From positions 258,579 through 322,578 of the forward strand of contig JAXHNJ010000001.1 in the NCBI GenBank assembly GCA_034520665.1: a stretch of DNA of 64,000 nt, read 5' to 3'. Position numbers and translations under genes: made by a program. Of the stretch, positions 54,655-64,000 are shown piece after piece. Numbering within the stretch: position 1 is the first letter of the stretch; each line of letters begins with the position of its first letter. Under the pieces are notes generated by a model. It saw only the letters and a list, made by a program, of their open reading frames with translations, made no database searches and was not told the origin of the DNA. This DNA is from Patescibacteria group bacterium. GTDB lineage: Bacteria > Patescibacteriota > Patescibacteriia > JAXHNJ01.

Positions 54655-55242
54655 ATGAAACGCTGTTTTGTGATAATGTTGGCGGTGATAATTTTAGTAC
54701 CGCTTTCAGTGAAAGCTGAAAAACCGGCTATGGGTCAGTGGGGCTTTACTTATGGCGTTTTCAACAACAATTTTGCCTGCCGTCAAGGGTTGAATGATTT
54801 TCACGTAATGGGAGCCCAATTCTATTTTCCAGTTAACCGGTATGTGGCTTTTGGTCCGAGCGGACTTTATAACGGTGTAGATTCTAGCTGGCCAGAGCTT
54901 TCCCATACGGATGGCTTGAATGTTGATTATTGGCAAACTAGCCTGGATATAAAAATATCCACTTTTCCCTATAAGTTGATTAATCCATTTCTTATTTTTC
55001 ATCTGGGAGCTTACGATCTGGCTCTGGAAAATGAGGGTTTATCAAATATTCAGGTTAATGAGGGCACTCATACTTTTATGGCCGGTACTTTCGGCGTTGA
55101 ATTTTCGTTGGATCAGTTTGTCTTGGGAGCCCGGGCTACGGCTATGACTTTTGAAAAAATAAAATTTGGAGTAAATCCAGGCACAGAAACAGATATAAAT
55201 GTGATTTATCAAGCTTTTCTAGGTTTTCATTATAAGCTTTGA
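54655..55242 (+). CDS. hypothetical secreted protein
   Basis: Signal peptide; Gly/aromatic-rich. SD GAGGAGGTG. Confidence 0.35.
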   Translation: MKRCFVIMLAVIILVPLSVKAEKPAMGQWGFTYGVFNNNFACRQGLNDFHVMGAQFYFPVNRYVAFGPSGLYNGVDSSWPELSHTDGLNVDYWQTSLDIKISTFPYKLINPFLIFHLGAYDLALENEGLSNIQVNEGTHTFMAGTFGVEFSLDQFVLGARATAMTFEKIKFGVNPGTETDINVIYQAFLGFHYKL

Positions 55243-55302
55243 TTTTTTCCTGCTTTCTTCTACTACCCCTGCTTTTTTGAGTAGGGGTTTTTTATTTTAA
55301 TA

Positions 55303-56400
55303 ATTATAAAACGCGGAGATAAATTTTTTACTTACGCAAAAATAAACATCTCTATCCGCGTAGCTGGAGATTTATCTCCAGATTCATCTTTTAAAGCCTA
55401 TTAATTTTTCTTTTAGTCTCATCATTCCGATAATAATTACGATAACCTGAATATTTATAATCTTTGGGGTTTTTAAAGCTTTTATAAAAGACTCTATTAT
55501 TTTATCCGCGAGAAGAACTGGTCCCCAGACCGGTTCTGACAATATATTTAATAAGCTCAGACTTCTTGGTAAATTAGAGATTTAATAATCTATTTTGCTC
55601 GAGAAGGTTGGATCTCCTGATCCAACCGAATAAGGTGACGCGGATCAGAAGATCCGCGCTTCTCGGGTAATTTTAAGGGCTTCCTTGGCAGTTTGTTTTA
55701 TACTAGGTAGTTTCCAATGGCTTTTTTATTCCAAACCCACCACCAAAACCTTACTAGCTGCTATAACCATAACCAATTAGCAAAAAAGAGGGTTTTGGGC
55801 CGAGCCGCTAGTTTGGTTATTAGGCTGAGTCAATGGTTTTTTATTCCAAACCCACAACCAAAACCTTACTAGCTGCTATAACCATAACTAATTAGCAAAA
55901 CATAAATCGCCGGATAAATCCGGCGCCAGGCTATTAAATAATATAAAATATAATTTGGTGCAACATTCATATGGCGATATTTTAAAAAAGGTTTTTTCGC
56001 GAGAAGAACTGGTCCCCAGACCGGTTCTGGCAATATATTTACTAAGCTCAGACTTCTCGGTAAATTAGAGATTTAATAATCTATTTTTCTCGAGAAGGTT
56101 GGATCTCCTGATCCAACCGAATAAGGTGACGCGGATCAGGAGATCCGCGCTTCTCGGGTAATTTTAAGGGCTTCCTTGCCAGCTTGTTTTATACTAGGTA
56201 GATGCGGTGCGGGCCATGACCCGCCTCTAGGCCTGGTTCATTAATATTAAAAATAAATTTAAACAAAAGCATAATATTTGAATATTTAATATATAGCGGA
56301 AATAAAGATTCCCGCCTAGGCGATTTTATTTAAACGCGAAAATAAATCTTTTGCCTACGCCAAAACAAACATCTTTACCACGTCGGTGGAGATTTATCTC
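55303..56400. repeat. about 1.1-kb non-coding nested direct-repeat region: R1 – A(207 bp) – B(70 bp) – B' – A' – R1'
   Basis: A 55504-55710 and A' 55996-56201 are more than 95% identical with multiple hairpins. B 55727-55795 and B' 55833-55905 are CA-rich. R1 55303-55392 and R1' 56330-56400 contain the GGAGATTTATCTCC palindrome. Confidence 0.8.
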
Positions 56401-56677
56401 TTTTTTAGGAAGAGTAAGGATTTTCACTGTAATATAGACAAAGATGGAAAGCTTGCTTGCCAAGCCTCTCTTTAGGTCACTACTTCAGAGGGTAAAATTC
56501 GCCCCAAATTATGAAAGGAAAATAGCTTACCGGCTATGATCTAAGAGCATATAAACAGAAAATCTTGCCTTCAAGCCGTAGTTTCCCGTAGGGAGGCAAG
56601 GCTTGACAGAATTAATATTTTGTGTAAAATAATAATTAATTAGTTTTTAGCGTTCTTTATAAAAAAGAGTTTTTATT

Positions 56678-57001
56678 ATGATAAAATCATCAGCAAAAAT
56701 TGGTAAAGATTGTATTGAAATAATAAATACTGATTTCGCTGGATTGGAAATTAATCTTAACCCCCAAAAAACAACAATTGGAAAATCCATTAAAAATAAT
56801 ATATGTTTAGATGATCCTTTGATTTCTGATAAACAGGCTGTTATTTTTCGGAAAAACAGAATTTTCTATTTGGAAGTTATTAATTTTGAAAATAAAGTTT
56901 TTGTTAATAATAATGTAGTTGATAAAAAATATTTATTAGCAAACGGAGATATAATTAAAATTGGTAAATTTGAATTATTATTTAAATCAATTTTTTCTTA
57001 G
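56678..57001 (+). CDS. FHA domain protein
   Basis: TIGKS ... ISDKQAVI ... GDIIKIG core FHA pattern. Confidence 0.6.
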   Translation: MIKSSAKIGKDCIEIINTDFAGLEINLNPQKTTIGKSIKNNICLDDPLISDKQAVIFRKNRIFYLEVINFENKVFVNNNVVDKKYLLANGDIIKIGKFELLFKSIFS

Positions 57002-57084
57002 TTGTTAAATTGAAAGGAGGAAGAATGATTTTTATACGGGAGACATCCCCGTAAAGGTCACACGGGCCTAATTAGTACCTTATT

Positions 57085-57119
57085 GCCCTGAAATAAATAA
57101 TTTCAGGGCAATTTTTTTA
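57085..57119 (+). terminator. Rho-independent terminator
   Basis: GCCCTGAAA-taaataa-TTTCAGGGC followed by AATTTTTTT. Confidence 0.55.
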
Positions 57120-57159
57120 TTTTTCTAATATAATAAAATATGTTATAATAAATTCTATT

Positions 57160-58320
57160 ATGAGGCTAAAAACTTTTTCAAAAGCCAAGGTAAAAAACAA
57201 AAAAGTAATACTGCGCTGCGGTTTTGATGTGCCTTTTAGCAAAAAGGGAAAAATAGAAGACGATACCCGCATTAAACAAAGCCTGCCGACGATTAAATAT
57301 TTAATTAAAAATAAAGCCAAAGTAATTATAATTAGTCATAATGGCCGTCCTGGGGGAAAGTATGTTAAAAGGTTATCTATGGATGAGATTGGGCAAAAAC
57401 TTTCAAAATTTTTAAGAAAAAAAGTAAAAAAACTGGATGATTGTGTTGGCAGTAAAGTTAAAGAAAAAGTGGCTAAAATGAAGCCGGGGTCCGTAATTTT
57501 GCTGGAAAATCTAAGGTTTCACCAAGGAGAAAAAAATAAAGACCCGAAATTTATCCAAGCTCTGGTTGATTTAGGGGAAATTTATATAAATGATGCTTTT
57601 GCTAATTCTCATCGTGATCATGCTTCTATGTTTGGCATCACTCATTATTTGCCTAGTTATGCGGGTTTGTTAGTGAAAAAAGAAATTAATTTTTTACAAA
57701 AGTTTATAAAAAAACCAAAAAAGCCGTTTGTGGCTATTGTTGGCGGAGCAAAAATTTCCAGCAAATTAAAAGCCGTGGTTAGCTTATTTAAAAAAACAGA
57801 CGCCTTGCTTTTGGGCGGGGCTTTGGCTAACACTATTTTAAAGGCTAAAGGGCTTCAGGTCGGTCAGTCTTTGATTGAGGATAATATGATCAAAAAAGTA
57901 AAAAAAATGAAATTAACTGATATCCGGCTAAAAATTCCCGTGGATGTAGTGGTAGCCAGAGGCAAAAAAGCTTATCAAAGGCCGGTCGGAGGAGTAGATG
58001 AGCAGGAAAAAATTTATGATATTGGTCAAGACACTATTACTTTGTATAAAGAAATAATAAAAAAAGCCGGGCAAGTGGTCTGGGCCGGACCAATGGGATT
58101 TTTTGAGGATAAACGTTTTCAAAAAGGCAGTTACGCCATAGCCCAGGCTATAAGTCGAAGTTCGGCGGTTTCTCTGGTCGGTGGGGGAGACACTCTGGAT
58201 GTATTAAATGAATTAAATTTAAAAAATAAAATCAGTCATATTTCTACTGGCGGCGGGGCCATGCTGGAATTTTTAACCAAAGGCACTTTGCCGGCTTTAA
58301 AACCATTAATTAAAAAATAA
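57160..58320 (+). CDS. pgk: phosphoglycerate kinase
   Basis: N-terminal substrate-binding basic patch, and C-terminal GGGDT...STGGGA signature. Confidence 0.9.
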   Translation: MRLKTFSKAKVKNKKVILRCGFDVPFSKKGKIEDDTRIKQSLPTIKYLIKNKAKVIIISHNGRPGGKYVKRLSMDEIGQKLSKFLRKKVKKLDDCVGSKVKEKVAKMKPGSVILLENLRFHQGEKNKDPKFIQALVDLGEIYINDAFANSHRDHASMFGITHYLPSYAGLLVKKEINFLQKFIKKPKKPFVAIVGGAKISSKLKAVVSLFKKTDALLLGGALANTILKAKGLQVGQSLIEDNMIKKVKKMKLTDIRLKIPVDVVVARGKKAYQRPVGGVDEQEKIYDIGQDTITLYKEIIKKAGQVVWAGPMGFFEDKRFQKGSYAIAQAISRSSAVSLVGGGDTLDVLNELNLKNKISHISTGGGAMLEFLTKGTLPALKPLIKK

Positions 58321-58321
58321 T

Positions 58322-59578
58322 ATGAACCCAATAAAAAATATCAAAGCTATAGAAATTCTTGATTCACGGGGTAATCCGACCGTGCAGACAAAAATAACTT
58401 TAAAAAACGGAGTTTCAGCTAAAGCTTCAGTGCCCTCCGGGGCTTCTACTGGCGAGCACGAAGCGCATGAATTAAGAGACCAGGATCAAGAAAGATATAA
58501 TGGTCTGGGTGTATTAAAAGCTGTTGATAATGTTAATAAAATAATGGCTAAAAAATTAAAGAACCAAGATGTCTCCAAACAAAAAGAAATTGATAAAAGA
58601 TTGATTGAGCTTGATAACACTAAAAATAAATCAAAACTGGGGGCTAACGCTATTTTGTCAGTTTCTTTGGCTTGTGCCCGGGCTGGTGCCAAAGTCAAGG
58701 GTCAGCCATTGTATAAATATATTAGAGAAACCTATAATTTTAAAAAGAAAAAGAGATTTCCCATACCCATGATGAATATTTTTAATGGCGGTAAGCACGC
58801 TGATACCAATCTGGATTTTCAGGAGTTTATGATTGTGCCGGTTTTAGAAAAAAATATCGATGATAAAATAAGAGTCGGAGCCGAGATTTTTCACGTCTTA
58901 GGCCAGATATTACGGGAAAAAGGTTATGATACTGATGTCGGTAATGAAGGCGGGTATGCTCCGGATATTGATCATACTATCGATGCCTTGGATATGATTA
59001 TGACGGCTATTAAAAGAGCTGGTTATGAACCGGGGCGTGATGTATTTTTAGCCACTGATGTTGGAGCTTCTATTTTGTATGATCAGAAAAAGAAAGAGTA
59101 TATTTTTAAGCTGGATAATTCCTCTTTAAGTTCTGATCAGCTGATTGAGCTTTACTCTACCTGGCTGAAAAAATACCCCTTTATTTCTATAGAAGACGGC
59201 TTGGATGAAGATGATTTTTCCGGCTGGCAGAAAATGAATCATGAACTGGGAGATAAGGTGATGTTGGTAGGAGACGATCTTTTTGTCACTAATATAAAGA
59301 GATTAGAAAAAGGTATTAAAGAAAAACTAGCCAATGCTATTTTAATCAAGCCTAATCAAATCGGCACTTTATCAGAAACAATTGACTGTATAAATTTAGC
59401 CCAAAAAAATAAATTTAAAATTAATGTTTCCCACCGTTCCGGTGAAACCAATGACGATTTTATTAGTGATCTGGCTTTTGCTTGTGGGGCTGATTTTATC
59501 AAAGCTGGAGCTCCTTCTCGGGGAGAGAGATTGGCTAAATATAATCGTTTACTAGAAATCTATGAACAGGAAAAATAA
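58322..59578 (+). CDS. eno: enolase
   Basis: ILDSRGNPTVQ N-terminal signature and SHRSGETNDDFISDLAF C-terminal signature. Confidence 0.95.
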   Translation: MNPIKNIKAIEILDSRGNPTVQTKITLKNGVSAKASVPSGASTGEHEAHELRDQDQERYNGLGVLKAVDNVNKIMAKKLKNQDVSKQKEIDKRLIELDNTKNKSKLGANAILSVSLACARAGAKVKGQPLYKYIRETYNFKKKKRFPIPMMNIFNGGKHADTNLDFQEFMIVPVLEKNIDDKIRVGAEIFHVLGQILREKGYDTDVGNEGGYAPDIDHTIDALDMIMTAIKRAGYEPGRDVFLATDVGASILYDQKKKEYIFKLDNSSLSSDQLIELYSTWLKKYPFISIEDGLDEDDFSGWQKMNHELGDKVMLVGDDLFVTNIKRLEKGIKEKLANAILIKPNQIGTLSETIDCINLAQKNKFKINVSHRSGETNDDFISDLAFACGADFIKAGAPSRGERLAKYNRLLEIYEQEK

Positions 59579-61127
59579 TAAAAAACCGACTCTTCTGGTA
59601 ATTTTAGACGGACTGGGTCTGGCGCCGCCAGGACCAGGTAATGCTTTTCATTTGGCTAAAACACCCTTTATCGATTCTTTGTTTAAAGAATATCCCAACA
59701 CTCAGCTCAAGGCCTCGGGTACTTCAGTCGGCCTGCCTCATGGCCAGCACGGCAATTCTGAAGCCGGGCATATGAATATTGGCTCCGGTCGGGTGGTTTT
59801 GCAGGACTCAGTTAAGATTACTAATTCTATTGAGAACAAATCATTTTTTGAAAACGCGGCCTTTTTAGAAAGTATTAAGCATGTTAAAAAGCATAACTCT
59901 TCCCTTCATATTATGGGCTTGATTTCGCGCACCCAAAGCCCTCATATGGATCCCAATCACTTAGAAGCCCTGATTAAACTTTGTCATCAAAAAAAAGTTA
60001 AAAAAGTTTATTGCCATTTTTTTACTGACGGACGTGATTCTCCGCAGTTTGCTGCTTTGGAAATAATAAAGAAAATAAAAAAGAAATTAAAACCAAATCA
60101 GAAAATAGCTACTTTAGCCGGGCGTTATTACTTAAATCGGAAAAAAGACTGGCCAGTGACGGAAAAAATTTATAACACCTTAGTATTGGGAGAAGATGAC
60201 CTGTTTGATAATTCAGTCAAAGCCATTGTTCATAATTATAATCAAAGGCACACTGATGAATTTATTCAGCCGACTATAATCGCTAAAAATAATAAAGAAA
60301 AAATGGATTCAAGAATTGATGATAATGACTCGGTAATTTTTTATAATTTGAGGTCTGACCGGGCTCGTCAACTGACCAAGCCTTTTGTTCAGGACAAATT
60401 TAGAAAAATGAATCCAGGAGCTTTCAAAAGAAAAAAAATATTAAAAAATATTCGTTTTGTGGCTATGACCAATTTTGGTCCGGATTTGCCCGGAGTTTTA
60501 ACCGCTTATCCGGCTGAATCTTTAAACATGACTTTACCCCTGACTTTAACTCATCTACAACAGCTTTATTTAACTGAGACGGAAAAATATGCTCATCTCA
60601 CTTATTTCTTCAATGGGGGTCACAATGCCCCGATCGGTGGTGAAGAAAGGGAAGTTATTAATTCACCGAGCGTGCGAAATTATAAGGAAACACCTAAAAT
60701 GAGTTCGCCTAAAATATTAAACCGTATTTTGGAAGTTTTAGAGAAAGACAAGTATCATTTTATCTCGGTTAATTTCTGTAATCCGGATATGATTGGGCAT
60801 ACTGGTAAATTAAAAGCGGGTATAAAGGCTATGGAATATCTGGACGGATGTTTGAAAAAGCTTGTGATAGCTGTTTTAAACAAGAATGGCACATTATTTA
60901 TAACAGCTGATCATGGTAATATTGAGAAAATGACCGATCTCGAAACTGGTGAAGTCAATACGGAGCACACTTCTAATCCAGTACCTTTTATTATGGTTAA
61001 TAAAAATTCCAATAAATATAAGTTTGATAAAAGTGGAGTTTTGGGTAATATTGCTCCGACCATCCTAAAATTTTTAGATATTAATAAACCTCAAGAAATG
61101 ACTAAAAAATCTCTATGCCAGTTTTAA
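59562..61127 (+). CDS. gpmI: 2,3-bisphosphoglycerate-independent phosphoglycerate mutase (copy 1)
   Basis: VILDGLGL, GNSEAGHMNIG (catalytic Ser), ADHGN. Confidence 0.9.
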   Translation: MNRKNNKKPTLLVILDGLGLAPPGPGNAFHLAKTPFIDSLFKEYPNTQLKASGTSVGLPHGQHGNSEAGHMNIGSGRVVLQDSVKITNSIENKSFFENAAFLESIKHVKKHNSSLHIMGLISRTQSPHMDPNHLEALIKLCHQKKVKKVYCHFFTDGRDSPQFAALEIIKKIKKKLKPNQKIATLAGRYYLNRKKDWPVTEKIYNTLVLGEDDLFDNSVKAIVHNYNQRHTDEFIQPTIIAKNNKEKMDSRIDDNDSVIFYNLRSDRARQLTKPFVQDKFRKMNPGAFKRKKILKNIRFVAMTNFGPDLPGVLTAYPAESLNMTLPLTLTHLQQLYLTETEKYAHLTYFFNGGHNAPIGGEEREVINSPSVRNYKETPKMSSPKILNRILEVLEKDKYHFISVNFCNPDMIGHTGKLKAGIKAMEYLDGCLKKLVIAVLNKNGTLFITADHGNIEKMTDLETGEVNTEHTSNPVPFIMVNKNSNKYKFDKSGVLGNIAPTILKFLDINKPQEMTKKSLCQF

Positions 61128-62710
61128 AAAACAGACCAGTCATGTTAGTTATTTTAGACGGCTGGGGTATAGCTCCGCCTTCAAGAGCTAATGCTATTAG
61201 CCAAGCTAAAACTCCGGTTATGGATAAAGTTTTAGCTACTTATCCGGCTTTAACTTTGCAGGCTAGTGGTGAGTCAGTTGGCTTGCCCTGGGGAGAAATG
61301 GGTAATTCAGAAGTCGGTCATATGAATATCGGGGCTGGTAAGATTATTTATCAGGATTTACCACGGATAAATAAAGCCATTATAGATAAAACTTTTTTTC
61401 AAAATAAAGCTTTTTTAAAAGCTAGTAAAAAAGTAAAAGAAAATAATTCTAAATTACATATAATGGGCTTGGTTTCTACTGGTAGTGTTCACAGTTCCTT
61501 GGACCACCTTTTTTCTTTACTGGAATTTTGCCAAAAAGAAAAAATTAATCAAGTATTTATACACTGCTTTTTAGATGGCCGTGATACACCGCCGGATTCA
61601 GGCAAAAATTTTATTAGTAAACTTCAAGCCAAGATAAAGGAACTAAAAGTAGGGAAAATTGCCAGTCTGTCCGGACGCTTTTATGCTATGGACCGTGATA
61701 ATCGCTGGGATCGTACAGCCAAAGCTTATGAGGCCATAGTCAAAGGAAAATCTGAAAAAATGGGTGCCGATCCCATGAAAATGCTGGATCAATCTTATAA
61801 AAATAGTGTTTATGATGAGGAATTTGTTCCCAGTGTGATTACTCAGTCTGGCCAACCTATAGCTACGGTTGATAATAAAGACGCGGTTATTTATTTTAAT
61901 TTCCGTTCTGATCGGGCCAGACAACTGACTAAAGCTTTTGTTTTACCGGGTTTTGAGAAGTTTAAAAGAGGAAAATATCTTAAGGATCTTTGTTTTGTCT
62001 GTATGACTGAATACGAAGATAATTTGCCTGTTGAAGTGGCTTTTCCGCCCGAAGAAATTAAAAATCCCTTGGGTAAAATTATTTCTGATCATAAATTAAA
62101 GCAATTGCACGCGGCTGAAACCGAAAAGTATGCTCATGTTACCTTTTTTATAAATGGAGAAAGAGAGGAGCCCTTTTTTGGTGAAGAAAGAATATTAATT
62201 CCTTCGCCCAAGGTATCATCTTATGACCAGAAACCGGAAATGTCCTGTGAAAAATTAACCAAGGAATTGATTAAAGCTATAGAAAGTGAAAAATATGATT
62301 TTTGTGTGGTTAATTATGCTAATCCGGATATGGTCGGCCATACTGGTAATTTTCCAGCCATAATTAAGGCTATAGAAGCTATTGACGAATGTTTAGGCCA
62401 TTTAATTGACAGCTTATTAAATGTAAACGGAGTAATGGTTATTATTGCTGATCACGGTAATGCTGAGGAAAAAATAGATTTGCAAACTGGCTTTATTATA
62501 AAAGAACACTCTACTAATCCCGTCCCCTTTATTCTTATTGGTAATGAGTGGGAAAATCATCCCACTTCATTAGCTTTAGGCCATGATTTAAGCTCACTAA
62601 CACCAAGCGGGCTTTTATCTGATGTGGCTCCGACTGTTTTAGCTTTAATTGGTCTGGAAAAACCAGATGACATGACTGGGCAGAATTTACTTAAATATAT
62701 TAAAAATTAA
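61115..62710 (+). CDS. gpmI: 2,3-bisphosphoglycerate-independent phosphoglycerate mutase (copy 2, tandem paralog)
   Basis: VILDGWGI, GNSEVGHMNIG, ADHGN. Roughly 40% identical to copy 1 by eye. Confidence 0.9.
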   Translation: MPVLKNRPVMLVILDGWGIAPPSRANAISQAKTPVMDKVLATYPALTLQASGESVGLPWGEMGNSEVGHMNIGAGKIIYQDLPRINKAIIDKTFFQNKAFLKASKKVKENNSKLHIMGLVSTGSVHSSLDHLFSLLEFCQKEKINQVFIHCFLDGRDTPPDSGKNFISKLQAKIKELKVGKIASLSGRFYAMDRDNRWDRTAKAYEAIVKGKSEKMGADPMKMLDQSYKNSVYDEEFVPSVITQSGQPIATVDNKDAVIYFNFRSDRARQLTKAFVLPGFEKFKRGKYLKDLCFVCMTEYEDNLPVEVAFPPEEIKNPLGKIISDHKLKQLHAAETEKYAHVTFFINGEREEPFFGEERILIPSPKVSSYDQKPEMSCEKLTKELIKAIESEKYDFCVVNYANPDMVGHTGNFPAIIKAIEAIDECLGHLIDSLLNVNGVMVIIADHGNAEEKIDLQTGFIIKEHSTNPVPFILIGNEWENHPTSLALGHDLSSLTPSGLLSDVAPTVLALIGLEKPDDMTGQNLLKYIKN

Positions 62711-62722
62711 AATAGCAAATTT

Positions 62723-63718
62723 ATGAAAAAATACGATGTCGTTTCCATTGGTGGAGCTACTCGTGATATAATATTTTATACTGATCAGGGTGAAGTTATT
62801 TCTACGCCGCAGGATTTAACGCGTCAGAAAATGATCAGTTTTGAATACGGCGCTAAATTAATTTCTCGGGAAGTAAGATTTGGCACTGGTGGGGGCGGTT
62901 GTAATACGGCGGTCTGCTTGTCTCGCCTGGGACTAAAGACAGCTAACTTTGTGGCCATTGGACAAGACACTGAAGGAGAAAGAATTTCAGCTACTTTAAA
63001 AGAAGAAGGGGTGGAAACTAAGTTTATTGAAACCAAAAAAGAAGTTGGCACTGGTTTTTCTCTGCTAGTGATTGATGAAAAAAGCAAGGAACATGTCGCT
63101 TTTCTTTATCGTGGAGCCAATGATAAATTAGAGTTAAAAAATGATTTAGAAAAAGTTAATACTGATTGGTTTTATATGTCTTCTCTTTCTGGCAAAAATT
63201 GGCCGATGATTTCTGATAAAGTTATCCAACGTATTAAAGGAGACGGCTGCCACTTAGCCTGGAACCCGGGAGAAACTCAGCTTCAGGCCGGTATGAAAGC
63301 CATTAAAGATTTACTGGCTTATACCAAGGTGTTAATTCTTAATAAAGATGAATCTATTGAGCTGGTTTTAGAAAATAAAGGGAAAATTAAAGATATAAAG
63401 AAACCAGAAATTTTACTCAAAGAAATACAAAGCTGGGGACCGGATATTTTTGTACTAACTGATGGACGAGAAGGATCATACGCCTATGATGGTCAAAAGA
63501 TTTATTTTTCAGAAATTTTAGATACTAAAGTTATGGACACCACTGGCGCTGGGGACTGTTTTGGTTCCAGTTTTGTAGCTGGCTTAGAAATGTTTAAAGG
63601 AGATATTGATAAATCAATTAAGCTGGGTATTTATAACACTTCATCTCTGGTTACTAAGCCCGGCGCTCAAAACGGACTCTTATACAAAAAAGATTTAAAA
63701 AAATATTATAAAAATTAA
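62723..63718 (+). CDS. PfkB family carbohydrate kinase (ribokinase-like)
   Basis: N-terminal GGA(T)RD-type motif and C-terminal DTTGAGDCF anion-hole motif. Confidence 0.8.
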   Translation: MKKYDVVSIGGATRDIIFYTDQGEVISTPQDLTRQKMISFEYGAKLISREVRFGTGGGGCNTAVCLSRLGLKTANFVAIGQDTEGERISATLKEEGVETKFIETKKEVGTGFSLLVIDEKSKEHVAFLYRGANDKLELKNDLEKVNTDWFYMSSLSGKNWPMISDKVIQRIKGDGCHLAWNPGETQLQAGMKAIKDLLAYTKVLILNKDESIELVLENKGKIKDIKKPEILLKEIQSWGPDIFVLTDGREGSYAYDGQKIYFSEILDTKVMDTTGAGDCFGSSFVAGLEMFKGDIDKSIKLGIYNTSSLVTKPGAQNGLLYKKDLKKYYKN

Positions 63719-63733
63719 AGAAAGGATATTATT

Positions 63734-64000
63734 ATGTCAAAAGATTCAAACACAGACGAGGCTACCGAAGCCTTGTTAAAAGAAGAAAAATTATACAAGC
63801 CTTCAGAAGAAGTTAAAAAGTTGGCTAATGTTAAAGATTATGAAGCAGTAGTAAAAAAAGCGTCAGAAGATTATGAGGGTTTTTGGGCCGAAGCCGCCCA
63901 AGAATTAGATTGGTATAAAGAATGGGACGAAGTTTTGGATGAAAGCAAAAAACCTTTTTATAAATGGTTTAAAGGCGGTCAGATTAATATTTTTCATAAT
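63734..64000 (+). CDS. acs: acetyl-CoA synthetase (AMP-forming), N-terminal fragment; continues past the window
   Basis: SEDYEGFWAEAAQELDWYKEWDEVLDESKKPFYKWFKGGQINIFHN matches the conserved Acs N-terminus. Confidence 0.7.
   Translation, partial: MSKDSNTDEATEALLKEEKLYKPSEEVKKLANVKDYEAVVKKASEDYEGFWAEAAQELDWYKEWDEVLDESKKPFYKWFKGGQINIFHN

Noticed and set aside
1-64000. tRNA, rRNA, tmRNA, RNase P or SRP RNA genes
   Set aside because: Scanning by eye for GGTTCGAATCC-type T-arms, 16S/23S-like conserved blocks and SRP domain IV motifs found none in this window.

Overview
The window is AT-rich (~30% GC) with small, densely packed genes. Gene content (group 3b NiFe hydrogenase, two tandem cofactor-independent phosphoglycerate mutases, UPF0182, many lipoproteins) looks like a reduced-genome bacterium, possibly a Candidate Phyla Radiation (CPR)/Patescibacteria-like lineage; this is inference from content and composition. 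The window divides into two parts. (1) Positions 1 to about 16,260 form an extremely AT-rich accessory island: about 20 small ORFs on the + strand, each followed by a member of a degenerate repeat family of about 95-200 bp. Each repeat is an imperfect two-tier palindrome with outer arms ATAACAGCGTGTATCTGG ... CAGATACACGCAAACGTTAT and an inner TTTTGC/GCAAAA-type inverted repeat. The architecture strongly recalls integron attC sites and VCR-like cassette arrays. No integrase is in the window. Cassette cargo includes three GNAT acetyltransferases, two SAM methyltransferases, an HD hydrolase, a 2H phosphoesterase, a DedA protein, an MmeI-like Type IIG restriction-modification enzyme and an MBL-fold hydrolase. 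The island also carries a 180-bp conserved upstream module, a 1.1-kb segmental duplication, GC-rich REP/MITE-like hairpin insertions, and two repeats split by inserted minus-strand, higher-GC small genes. (2) From about 16.3 kb onward the composition is core-like (about 38% GC). Genes here are a ZIP transporter, UPF0182, an AbiEi/AbiEii abortive-infection pair preceded by three unknown small genes, DUF2207, a holin-like protein, a Na/Pi cotransporter and an SOS cluster (lexA, a degenerate REP-associated tyrosine transposase gene, dinB, ssb). The SOS cluster contains striking tandem repeats that include coding 5' ends and GC-rich hairpins. Further on are paralogous secreted/lipoprotein genes, including an M23 peptidase with a leader-peptide attenuator-like 5' structure, a PlsC-HAD fusion, a sensor kinase with response regulator, a group 3b NiFe hydrogenase cluster with HypC and a HypA-like gene, a 1.1-kb non-coding nested-repeat region, an FHA protein, the glycolytic block pgk-eno-gpmI-gpmI, a PfkB kinase and the 5' end of acetyl-CoA synthetase. 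All calls rest on motif recognition by eye; no searches were run.
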